A stretch of DNA of 64,000 nt from Polaromonas sp. (GTDB taxonomy: Bacteria; Pseudomonadota; Gammaproteobacteria; Burkholderiales; Burkholderiaceae_C): the NCBI GenBank assembly GCA_043718065.1, contig JAYSWJ010000086.1:8456-72455 (forward strand), written 5' to 3'. A model generated the notes under the pieces. That model was not told where the DNA came from and did no database searches. It saw only the letters and a list, made by a program, of their open reading frames with translations. Below are positions 19,835-27,348 of the stretch, piece after piece; the stretch's first letter is position 1; every line of letters starts with the position of its first letter. Position numbers and translations under genes: made by a program.

Positions 19835-21222
19835 TACATGAATCCTTGTGCTTCGTAGCCGCGTGGTTGCCCGCTGGAGCGGAACTCTATCGGTGCGCGG
19901 GGGCTGCTGGCGGCTTGCATGGCTAGCGCCAGCGCCCAAAAGTGGTCGGCGTGGCCATCGGGCGTGCTCTCGGCGGTAAATCGGACATTGCCCGTGCTGG
20001 TAACCTGCTTAGTCACGGCGCGCAGGTCGGCGCGAATCTTGGGGTCGTAGGGGATGCGTAGCTTTTTGTCTTCAAAGGCCCCCCGTACCGGGTAGGCCAT
20101 CGCTTCCTTGCTGCGCTGGGTGAAGGTGACGGCTTCTACACGGAATTCGCCAAACTTGTCTTGCGCATCGTCAGCCCAGCCAATGCCTAGGCCAGTGGCA
20201 TCGATGCAAGTGCGGTCGCACTGCTCTATCCACGGCCAAATGATCTTTTCTTGGTCGCTTTTGCGCATGTTTTGCATGCGCTCCACATGGCGGGTGTACA
20301 GCGTGTCGCCCAGCTGTTCAAACACCCAGAGCACGGTTAAATCCTTTTTGCGGCCAATGTCTATGCCTGCGTACAAGGGGCCGTTTTGGCGCTGCTGCCA
20401 GTTGGTGCCGCCCGCATATTCGCAGCCGCCGATCAGGCCGTATTCCAAAAAGGCCACGTCGTCGTCAGCCGGGTTGCACATGTACTCTTGTTGAAAGCTC
20501 TCTTCATCGGCGCAGCCGCTGCGCACGAAGTCAAAGTAGGCCGCCTCGTCCATCGCTTGGCGCTCGTCATCGGCGGGTAGCATCTGTTGCAGTTTGGCTA
20601 AGAAGCCTTGGTCGATAGCGTCTTGCAAAGTGACCCGGTGCAGGCTAATACCTTTGGGGTTTTTATGCTCGCGCACCTCGCGCACCAGTTGGTTAAAAAA
20701 GTTATGGCTACCCCGGTGCGTGCTGATCAGCTCCATGCTGCCGCCCCAGGTAATACCAGGGTAAGCAATCGACCACAGCTTGCGCGGGTCGGGGTGCAAG
20801 GCAAACTCGTCCAAGATGCGGCCGCCACGCTTGCCTGCTTGGGCATCGGGGTTGCTGCTCATGCTGTGGATGCGCTTGCCGCTGTCAAATTGCAGGACGT
20901 AAGCCGTCAAGCGATCTTTGTCGTTAATGACAATCTCGCCTAGGTCTTTGGCCGCTAGATGCATGATGCCTGCCCACATCTTGCAGTCCTCAATGAATAG
21001 CCTGGCCTGCAAATCGTCCCTGCTGCTCACCCACTGGTCAAAGCGTGCGCCCTGGGCGGCGGTGCGCTCGGCGGCGGCGTAGGCGCTGGCCCAGCTCAGG
21101 CCAATCTGGCGCGACTTTTCCATCAGCTTTAAGCGGCTATTGTCGGTAATCCACTTGCTCTGAAACGGCAAGAAAATACCCTCAGAAACCGGGGTTACCT
21201 TGGCGTTGCCCTTGCGCTGCAT
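19834..21222 (-). CDS. Terminase large subunit (Mu gp28-like)
   Basis: 462 aa. It lies between the DUF3486 gene and the portal gene. Acidic nuclease motifs are in the C-terminal half (IDATGLG..., HADHFWALALA). Confidence 0.8.
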   Translation of the reverse strand: MQRKGNAKVTPVSEGIFLPFQSKWITDNSRLKLMEKSRQIGLSWASAYAAAERTAAQGARFDQWVSSRDDLQARLFIEDCKMWAGIMHLAAKDLGEIVINDKDRLTAYVLQFDSGKRIHSMSSNPDAQAGKRGGRILDEFALHPDPRKLWSIAYPGITWGGSMELISTHRGSHNFFNQLVREVREHKNPKGISLHRVTLQDAIDQGFLAKLQQMLPADDERQAMDEAAYFDFVRSGCADEESFQQEYMCNPADDDVAFLEYGLIGGCEYAGGTNWQQRQNGPLYAGIDIGRKKDLTVLWVFEQLGDTLYTRHVERMQNMRKSDQEKIIWPWIEQCDRTCIDATGLGIGWADDAQDKFGEFRVEAVTFTQRSKEAMAYPVRGAFEDKKLRIPYDPKIRADLRAVTKQVTSTGNVRFTAESTPDGHADHFWALALAMQAASSPRAPIEFRSSGQPRGYEAQGFM

Positions 21223-21788
21223 CAGCTAATCCCCAACGCTTCGCGGATCGCCTGCTTCGTGTCCTCGGTCACGCCACCCTTTACGGGCATAGCGCTAAGC
21301 TTGGCGGCTTGCTCTGCCAGTAGCTTTTTACGAGTAGCTTCTTCTACCTCGCCCTGAAACTTTTTGAGGTTGACGCTCGACCGCGTCAGCGTGGCAATGT
21401 TTTTTGCGGCGTTGCTCAGCATACCGATGCGCTCACCTGGCTCCAGGTCTTCATCAGTAGCTTCTTGCAGGTTCAAGATAGCCTCAAATAATTCGGTTTG
21501 TACCAGTGCGGTCAGCGCTTCAGAGCGCGCGTCTTTGTCATCGCCCGCCTGGGCGCTGATCATCTTGGCGGCCTCAGTGCTGGCGCGTATAGCCGACAGT
21601 CGGCGCTCTAGCTTTTGGCCATACCGGCCAATGGCTGATCGGCTGGGTAGCGTGGGGGCTGTCGCTGGAAAGCGCTCTTGCAGGTCGGCGATCAGCTCAT
21701 TAAGTGTGCACGCGCCATTCGCCAGCTGCGCAGTGATGTAACCCTTAACCTCCTCGGGCAGGCGTGCAATAGAGCTTTTGCGGCCCAT
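21222..21788 (-). CDS. Small terminase-like DNA-binding protein (DUF3486, Mu gp27-like)
   Basis: 188 aa with an N-terminal HTH-like segment and a coiled-coil C-terminus. It is immediately upstream of TerL. Confidence 0.7.
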   Translation of the reverse strand: MGRKSSIARLPEEVKGYITAQLANGACTLNELIADLQERFPATAPTLPSRSAIGRYGQKLERRLSAIRASTEAAKMISAQAGDDKDARSEALTALVQTELFEAILNLQEATDEDLEPGERIGMLSNAAKNIATLTRSSVNLKKFQGEVEEATRKKLLAEQAAKLSAMPVKGGVTEDTKQAIREALGIS

Positions 21789-21790
21789 AG

Positions 21791-22111
21791 CTACACCTTG
21801 GGCGGGCGCATGATGCCCGCGTCACAGGTGACTGTGTATTGCACAATGTCAATGCCGTCGCGCGTCAGGTCAACGCTGATTTGGTTCAGTGGATCCACTG
21901 CGATCTTCAGTAGCTCGCGGCTTTCTAGGTAGTCCAGTTCTCGCCGTATCTCTAGCTCGGTGGCATCGGGGTATTCGCCCTGCACAACCTGCAGCAGAAA
22001 ACGCGTAGTTGAATGCACAGGGCGGTTGATTTCAGCCGCTAGCAGTAACACCCAGCGCATAAACTCGCGGCGCGCGCGCTGCGCCTGCAGGCGCATAGTG
22101 TCTTCATTCAT
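21791..22111 (-). CDS. Phage hypothetical protein
   Basis: The ORF is in operon context and codon third-position GC bias is consistent with coding. The start is chosen at the ATG at 22111. Confidence 0.4.
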   Translation of the reverse strand: MNEDTMRLQAQRARREFMRWVLLLAAEINRPVHSTTRFLLQVVQGEYPDATELEIRRELDYLESRELLKIAVDPLNQISVDLTRDGIDIVQYTVTCDAGIMRPPKV

Positions 22112-22451
22112 GGTTCTTTTGGCCTCGTAATAGGATGTTTTCAAAGCGCATGCTCATGGCATCTAGCTTGGCCATGATGGTGGCCACGGCCTGTACATAG
22201 TCCTCGCGCCGCACGTAGTTCAGCGGCAAGTCCGCCTTAAGATTTAAAAACTGCCGCTCTACATCTATCCAGCGGTTAGCCTCTAGCCGCTGCGAGGTCT
22301 CGATCTGATCAAGCCGCTTGGATTGGCTAACAAAGCGGCTGTCGATATGCACTTCGACCTGTTTTAAAAGCAGCTTGCCTGCTGCGAAAACAAAGCCCAA
22401 GAAGGCGATCATAAGTAGCACCGCGTGCCATAGTTCAAGTTGTAATGTCAT
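22104..22451 (-). CDS. Phage membrane protein (single N-terminal TM plus coiled coil; Mu gp25/DUF2730-like)
   Basis: It has the TM segment WHAVLLMIAFLGFVFAAGKLLL and lies between the spanin and packaging genes. Confidence 0.4.
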   Translation of the reverse strand: MTLQLELWHAVLLMIAFLGFVFAAGKLLLKQVEVHIDSRFVSQSKRLDQIETSQRLEANRWIDVERQFLNLKADLPLNYVRREDYVQAVATIMAKLDAMSMRFENILLRGQKNHE

Positions 22452-23113
22452 GGGGCTGTTTTTCGAAAATTAGAAGTGGTCACAAAGTCGATCAAACGTT
22501 GGTGTGCCAGCCGGTTGGCGGCGCAGGTTTTAGCGTTGGCAATGTGGTTGTCCCAGGCATCGTCGACAGTGGCAGTGGTTGCAGCAGCACAGGCGGCAGC
22601 GGTGGGGTTAGTAGCGCTGCAGGCACCGGCGGGCTGGTCTGTACCCGTAAGGGCGCTGTTCCACACCCAGACAGCGCCAGCAGTAAGCACAGGCACACCA
22701 CCAACATCATCGCCAGCGTTGCCCGACCCAAGTTGTTCAGGCGCTGCTGCTGCACGTCCTGGTGCAAGGGCTGGCCCAATAGGTCGCACACCCAAAACAC
22801 TACCAGCGCAAGCCATAGGCCTGCTGGCCACAACCAAAGGGGTATGTTTTCGTACTGCATTAAATTTCTCCGTGAGTTGATTAAACTGTCCTGTCAGCGC
22901 CTGCGCCGAGGCCAGGTAGTCTGCGCTGGCCTTGTGGCCACGGGCTACCTCGCCCTCGTATTGTTTTTGCGCGCCTACCAGCGTGGCGGCTTGCTTGGCC
23001 TGCCACGCCTGCTCGGTATGCTTGCTGCCTTGGCTGTAGCCCAGCGCCAAGGCTGCCAAGATGGCCAGCAGGCCGATCAGCAGCTCACCCGCGATGCTTT
23101 TTATAAAGCTCAT
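22448..23113 (-). CDS. Inner-membrane spanin subunit (Rz-like)
   Basis: It has an N-terminal TM (IAGELLIGLLAILAALALGY) and a coiled-coil periplasmic domain. It follows the endolysin and contains an embedded lipoprotein ORF. Confidence 0.65.
   Translation of the reverse strand: MSFIKSIAGELLIGLLAILAALALGYSQGSKHTEQAWQAKQAATLVGAQKQYEGEVARGHKASADYLASAQALTGQFNQLTEKFNAVRKHTPLVVASRPMACAGSVLGVRPIGPALAPGRAAAAPEQLGSGNAGDDVGGVPVLTAGAVWVWNSALTGTDQPAGACSATNPTAAACAAATTATVDDAWDNHIANAKTCAANRLAHQRLIDFVTTSNFRKTAP
22492..22710 (-). CDS. Outer-membrane spanin lipoprotein (Rz1-like), fully embedded in Rz in another frame
   Basis: The signal plus lipobox is MMLVVCLCLLLALSGC. The mature part is short and proline-rich. 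Confidence 0.65.
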   Translation of the reverse strand: MMLVVCLCLLLALSGCGTAPLRVQTSPPVPAALLTPPLPPVLLQPLPLSTMPGTTTLPTLKPAPPTGWHTNV

Positions 23114-23874
23114 GGCTGCACCACCCCGCCCCAGCTGGCATAGCGCGGCTGCAGTGCACCCAAAATGCGCTGTGGGTAGCCTAAGTTTTCAGCGCAGTGC
23201 AGCTTGGCACGCTGGGCCCAGCCGCAGGCATCATCGGCCTGCTGGCGGGTGGGAAACATACGGTGCGTGCGGCTGGCCACTGCCGCCTCGCGCTTCCAGT
23301 GGCCCAGGCCACCGTTGTAGCTGCGTAGCGCCACCCATAGGCGGTCGTACTCGCTGTAGTGCTGCGGTGCGCGGTCGTACAGCCACTTGTCATAACCCGC
23401 CATGCTGCGCAGCGCCCACACCGGGTTGCTGGGCTGGCACTGGGCTGCGGGCAGCTTTTGCAAGCCGCACCACCAGGTGGCCGTAGCAGGCATAAATTGG
23501 GTTAGCCCGCGTGCACCCACGGGGCTGATGGCGCCAGGGTCCCAGTCGCTTTCCTGGTGCACCTGGGCGGCCATTGCTGCAATGGGTGCGTCTAGCCCCC
23601 ACTGGCTGTGCGCAGCACGCACCAGGTCGGCCCGGTACCGGCTGGCTTGCTGGGGCACATTGGGGCTGATAGCTTGCGCATGCACTGTGCTAGGTGCGCA
23701 CATGGCCAGCAGGCAAGCCGACAGTAGCACCGCTATAGCTACCAGCATGCAGCGTGCAGCGGTACGCAAAGGCTTGCTGTGGGCTGCTTGGTACTGTCGC
23801 AACCGGCTCGCTTCGCGGCTGCGGCAGTAGCCTTGGTACCAGCGCGAAAATGCTACACCGCTCATGCTACGCAC
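23110..23874 (-). CDS. Lytic transglycosylase (SLT domain) endolysin with N-terminal hydrophobic signal/SAR-like segment
   Basis: The catalytic region is QVHQESDWDPGAISPVGARGLTQFMPATA. The N-terminal segment is MLVAIAVLLSACLLAMCA. Confidence 0.8.
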   Translation of the reverse strand: MRSMSGVAFSRWYQGYCRSREASRLRQYQAAHSKPLRTAARCMLVAIAVLLSACLLAMCAPSTVHAQAISPNVPQQASRYRADLVRAAHSQWGLDAPIAAMAAQVHQESDWDPGAISPVGARGLTQFMPATATWWCGLQKLPAAQCQPSNPVWALRSMAGYDKWLYDRAPQHYSEYDRLWVALRSYNGGLGHWKREAAVASRTHRMFPTRQQADDACGWAQRAKLHCAENLGYPQRILGALQPRYASWGGVVQP

Positions 23875-24244
23875 CCAGGCTGACCGCGATCATGGCCGCA
23901 GAGATGATGATCGCACGGCGCAGCATGCAAGCAGCCGCTAGCGATGGCATGGAGCCATCGACCACGGGCGGCGACCACAAGCCATCGCCCACCTCGACAC
24001 CCTTGGGTATATTCAGCGCAGTAGCAGCAATAAAAAAGTGCGGGCGCGCGTAAGGGAACACACTGCGGTCAATCCAGTAGCCCGCTACAGCGGCCAGCGC
24101 CACTAGCGACAGCTTGTACAAGCTCACTGGCAGCTGCTGCGGCGCAATCAAATAGACCAAGATGGCCAATAGCGCAGCGGCCATCAGCCAATCAAACATG
24201 CGCCAAGTCCGTGGTGCTGCGGTGGGGTGGGAAGTTTTGTTCAT
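23867..24244 (-). CDS. Holin-like membrane protein
   Basis: 125 aa from the ATG at 24244 with 2-3 predicted TM segments. It is the first gene of the lysis cassette. The start is supported by the conserved 34-nt spacing to the late dyad. Confidence 0.45.
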   Translation of the reverse strand: MNKTSHPTAAPRTWRMFDWLMAAALLAILVYLIAPQQLPVSLYKLSLVALAAVAGYWIDRSVFPYARPHFFIAATALNIPKGVEVGDGLWSPPVVDGSMPSLAAACMLRRAIIISAAMIAVSLGA

Positions 24245-24278
24245 GCGGCAACTATGCCGCGCGCGCGCGAGGGCAGGC

Positions 24279-24296
24279 AACTAAAGTGCTTTAGTT
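24279..24296 (-). promoter_or_regulatory. Late-promoter dyad copy 1 (AACTAAAGCACTTTAGTT on the minus strand)
   Basis: It lies exactly 34 nt upstream of the holin-like ATG. The same dyad with the same spacing occurs at 36448 and 41650. Confidence 0.5.
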
Positions 24297-24570
24297 ATTG
24301 ACCCGGGAATTCATCCTCGCAAGGCTTGCCGTCGCTGTCTGCATCCAGCTGCGTAGCCCCAGCGGCCAAGTAGGCTAAGGCTTGGCCTAGGCTGGCCATA
24401 TCTTTGCAGGCCACCGACTTTACGCGTGATGCGTCGACTACAGGCGCGTTCGCGGTTGCCACTGTATTGCCGCAGACTTCGGCGCTGCCATTGCAAGTGC
24501 CCGTGTTACCACCGCCGCCACCGCAGGCAGTAAGGCTGGCGGCTATAACCGATGCAAAAAATGGTTTCAC
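24295..24570 (-). CDS. Lipoprotein with C-terminal Excalibur-like calcium-binding motif
   Basis: A GTG start overlaps the upstream stop (GTGA). The lipobox is VIAASLTAC. The C-terminal DADSDGKPCEDEFPG resembles the Excalibur DxDxDGxxCE motif. Confidence 0.55.
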   Translation of the reverse strand: MKPFFASVIAASLTACGGGGGNTGTCNGSAEVCGNTVATANAPVVDASRVKSVACKDMASLGQALAYLAAGATQLDADSDGKPCEDEFPGQ

Positions 24571-25088
24571 TTGCAGCCCCCCAGCTTCGTGCACTCGGCT
24601 TTTAGGGCGGCTTCATTGGCGACCAGCTCCCGATCCTTTTGGTCGCAGCGCGTAGCTGCCGCTGCCATCTCGCTGGCCATTTGGGCAGAGTTAACTTTGC
24701 CGTAGAGATTTTGCACATATTGCGCCTTGCTGGCCTCTAAGTCTTTTTGCTCTTGCGCACATGATTGGCGATGATCTAGTACCGCGCCCTTTGCGTTGGG
24801 ATAGTAAATATCTTGCAAATCGCGTAATCGCCTGGTGCGTTGACTCTCAGTAATTAACGCTTCCAATCGTTGGGCTTCGGTCTGTGGTTTTGCGCTACTT
24901 GAAGAGGTTGTGGCTGGTGCATTTTGCCCTGCTGCAGGCCGCACTTGAATGGTGCCGCCCTTGGCCTGACAGGGCCCATCTTGGAACGCTACTTTACCAT
25001 CCGCTGCAGTACATTTATTAATTGCCCAGCTCGCCGGTTGTATTGCCAAGAGCAGCGCCAGCGCACTAATTTTTAGAATTGATTTCAT
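24567..25088 (-). CDS. Secreted DUF4124-like protein
   Basis: The signal peptide is MKSILKISALALLLAIQPASWA. It is followed by INKCTAADGKVAFQDGPC (DUF4124-like) and then a coiled coil. The start is 9 nt after the repressor stop. Confidence 0.55.
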   Translation of the reverse strand: MKSILKISALALLLAIQPASWAINKCTAADGKVAFQDGPCQAKGGTIQVRPAAGQNAPATTSSSSAKPQTEAQRLEALITESQRTRRLRDLQDIYYPNAKGAVLDHRQSCAQEQKDLEASKAQYVQNLYGKVNSAQMASEMAAAATRCDQKDRELVANEAALKAECTKLGGCK

Positions 25089-25096
25089 TGTTGCCT

Positions 25097-25903
25097 TTAA
25101 AATTTGCAGCCATGCCACACCACGCGGCCTAGCACTGTGAGCTGATCGGCCTCTTTGGAGGTAAGCGTCTCGGTGCCGTAGCGTTGATTGTCTGAGATCA
25201 CGTCCACCGTGCCATTTATTTTAAAACGCAGGCGTTTGACCAGCAAGCTGCCATGCAGCTGGATAACATAGACACCCTCGGCCCGCTGAGTAGCGATACG
25301 CATGTCCAACAGCAGCAGGTCGGCATCGTTGATGGTTGGCGTCATGCTATCGCCACGCACCTGAATTACGCACACTTGCTCGGGTGCGCAGCCAAGAGAT
25401 TGAGTTAGCCACTGTCGTTTAAAGACCAGGTGATCCACTACAGATTCGTCATGGATTAAAGAGCCACCACCAGCGCTGGCGTGTACGTCGTGCCTCGGAA
25501 CCAAGATAAAAGCTGCCGCTTGATCAATCAATTTTTTAGTTGAATCTGCTGCAGAAAAATAGTTTGACAGCAATGCCTTTGCTTGGGTCTGTTCACGCTT
25601 GCCTGCAAGCCTTTCCTCGGCCACTATGTCCGAGAAATTAAGCCCTGAATTTGCGCTTTTAGCAATGCGTTCTTCTTTGACATTTAAGCGCTGAAGTTGG
25701 TCTGCGGTGATGCCTGTCAGTATGAAATTAATGTCGGCTCCGGCAGATGCTAAGGCAGCTAGGTAATCCGCATCAGGCGAGCGCTGCCCCGACTCGTAGT
25801 TTTGTTGCGAGCGTCCAGAAATTGAACACTTTTCAGCCAGTGCCTCCTGGCTCAACCCCAAGGCTTTTCGCTCGCTTTTTAGCCTTTGCGAGAAATCACG
25901 CAC
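25097..25903 (-). CDS. Prophage repressor: XRE-type HTH plus S24 (LexA/CI-like) peptidase domain
   Basis: The HTH is LKSERKALGLSQEALAEKCSISGRSQQNYESG. The S24 serine motif is VRGDSMTPT, followed by LLVKRL. It has a GTG start and is divergent from the ner-like gene. Confidence 0.85.
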   Translation of the reverse strand: MRDFSQRLKSERKALGLSQEALAEKCSISGRSQQNYESGQRSPDADYLAALASAGADINFILTGITADQLQRLNVKEERIAKSANSGLNFSDIVAEERLAGKREQTQAKALLSNYFSAADSTKKLIDQAAAFILVPRHDVHASAGGGSLIHDESVVDHLVFKRQWLTQSLGCAPEQVCVIQVRGDSMTPTINDADLLLLDMRIATQRAEGVYVIQLHGSLLVKRLRFKINGTVDVISDNQRYGTETLTSKEADQLTVLGRVVWHGCKF

Positions 25904-25922
25904 AAATATTCCTAAAAAAGTG

Positions 25923-25951
25923 TTGACAACACGAACAAACGTGCGTAATAA
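25923..25951 (+). promoter_or_regulatory. Candidate early promoter (TTGACA-17-TAATAA) with embedded inverted repeat CACG-N6-CGTG
   Basis: The hexamers are read directly. It lies 43 nt upstream of the ner-like ATG in the 90-bp divergent region. Confidence 0.5.
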
Positions 25952-25993
25952 TCAAATCCATACAAATAAACCATGTTTATCAAGGCTAAATAA

Positions 25994-26230
25994 ATGACAC
26001 CAAACGATATTAAAGCAGCAATTGCAAGAGCTGGCACTAGCCAAGCTGCAATTGCTGAACATATGAAAATTTCTAAGGGTAGTGTGTGGCGCGTAGTCAA
26101 CGGCACGTTGCGCAGCACACGCATTGAGGCTGAGCTGCAAAAGCTTACTGGCAAACCACTCCATGCAGCCAAGCCAGTGAAAGGTCGGCAAAAGTCTGTT
26201 TGGAATGGACGTGCAGGGGTTTCATCATGA
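25994..26230 (+). CDS. ner: Ner/Cro-like DNA-binding protein
   Basis: 78 aa. It is the first early gene, divergent from the repressor. The HTH is TSQAAIAEHMKISKGSVWRVVNG, followed by IEAELQKLTGKP (Ner/Nlp-like tail). Confidence 0.65.
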   Translation: MTPNDIKAAIARAGTSQAAIAEHMKISKGSVWRVVNGTLRSTRIEAELQKLTGKPLHAAKPVKGRQKSVWNGRAGVSS

Positions 26231-26688
26231 GCGAACAATTCTGCAACGATATAAAGCCCTACCTCTCACAAGCCTACGGCATATGGAAAGATGAGATGCG
26301 TGATTTTGATCTTCTGCGCACACAGCGGGAGCTTGTTTACTGGATCGCCCAAGCCATTCGAGCGCGCGCGCGGATCGAGCACCAAGAAATTAACTCTAAA
26401 TATATTGGATCACGAGCCGGGGTTGTCGTGATACCCCCGCGTGAAACGCACGCGTGGGAGGCTGATCTTCTTGTCAAACTAACTACGCCGAGGAATACAC
26501 CCAGTCAAGTTAAAGCCAAATTCGCCGAGCAAGGTCAGCCTGTCTCGGATTGGGCAGATAAAAACAAATTCCCGAGAGACGCAGTGTACCGCGTCCTTAA
26601 CGGTTTTACGCCATGCAAGCGAGGCCAGGCCCTCGCTATCGCCGTGAAGTTGGGCATTAAGCCCGCACCAAAAGGTAGTGCGACATGA
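26227..26688 (+). CDS. Early protein with a second Ner-like HTH in its C-terminal half
   Basis: It has an ATGA overlap with ner. The C-terminus is VSDWADKNKFPRDAVYRVLNGFTPCKRGQALAIAVKLGIKP. Confidence 0.45.
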   Translation: MSEQFCNDIKPYLSQAYGIWKDEMRDFDLLRTQRELVYWIAQAIRARARIEHQEINSKYIGSRAGVVVIPPRETHAWEADLLVKLTTPRNTPSQVKAKFAEQGQPVSDWADKNKFPRDAVYRVLNGFTPCKRGQALAIAVKLGIKPAPKGSAT

Positions 26689-26942
26689 GCCTAGCCCTAG
26701 ACCTCTATGTCCAAGCCTTTGGCTGTGGCCGCACACCGCGCAGCATGCCTTATCAAGACGGTGCCAAGGCTGCATTGCAGCGCATTTTTGAGGGATCGCC
26801 TACACCCGAAGGCATGCCCGCCGCGGTGCCTTTTTCTCCAGGGTCACCTGAGTTTGATGCCTATCTGTCTGGCCGCCAAGAGGGCCATCAGATAGCCGCT
26901 GACTTTATGAAGACCTGCTCTGCTTGGGGGGTGCCCGCATGA
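26685..26942 (+). CDS. Phage early hypothetical protein
   Basis: The ORF is translationally coupled on both sides by ATGA overlaps. Confidence 0.4.
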   Translation: MSLALDLYVQAFGCGRTPRSMPYQDGAKAALQRIFEGSPTPEGMPAAVPFSPGSPEFDAYLSGRQEGHQIAADFMKTCSAWGVPA

Positions 26943-27265
26943 GCGCCACCACTACTACCGATAAAGCCCACCCCGTGCCTGAGCCAGTGCGCAAAGTGTG
27001 CGACCTATTCCGCTTGCTAGCGGGCTACGAAGTCAACGGCCTAGCCCCCGGCGAGATAGCCAAGGGCCTGAACGTCGGCGCGCCCTGGGTCAGCGTCAAC
27101 CTGCCAGGCCTGGCTGAGCTGGGTTTTGTAGAGCGGGTGGGTGAGACCAACCGCTGGCGGCTGGGTGTGTCGTTTTTGCGAATCGCCAACACCGTGTTCG
27201 TTGCTAATGCCCAGGCGCAAGAGCAGCTGGTGGAGCGCATGAAGCGCATTGCCACCCCTTTGTAA
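26939..27265 (+). CDS. Winged-helix (IclR/MarR-like) DNA-binding protein
   Basis: The supporting segment is VCDLFRLLAGYEVNGLAPGEIAKGLNVGAPWVSVNLPGLAELGFVERV. Confidence 0.45.
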   Translation: MSATTTTDKAHPVPEPVRKVCDLFRLLAGYEVNGLAPGEIAKGLNVGAPWVSVNLPGLAELGFVERVGETNRWRLGVSFLRIANTVFVANAQAQEQLVERMKRIATPL

Positions 27266-27348
27266 GCCAGAACACTATTTATTTCATAGCTGCCTGAGCA
27301 ATGAATGCTTGGACTGCAGCACTTTTTTACCTTTATTTGAAAGACTTT

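Noticed and set aside
22445-23143. A 232-aa plus-strand ORF, and other long ORFs antisense to the lysis genes (22476-22880, 23061-23486, 23402-23830).
   Set aside because: These are shadow frames of well-supported minus-strand genes (spanin, SLT endolysin) in GC-rich DNA. They have Arg/Ala/Gly-rich low-complexity products and no start context.
16600-24300. The idea that the minus-strand packaging/lysis block is a separate degraded prophage adjacent to a second Mu-like element.
   Set aside because: End-type repeats occur only at 16.52-16.60 and 56.83-56.88 kb, and none occur near 24.3-25.1 kb. The 25-57 kb part lacks terminase, portal and lysis genes, while the left block lacks capsid, tail and transposition genes. 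Together they make exactly one ~40 kb gene set, and they share the same late dyad.
25912-26238. A 108-aa minus-strand ORF spanning the early promoter and the ner-like gene.
   Set aside because: It overlaps the divergent promoter region and the well-supported Ner-like ORF. It has poor coding composition.
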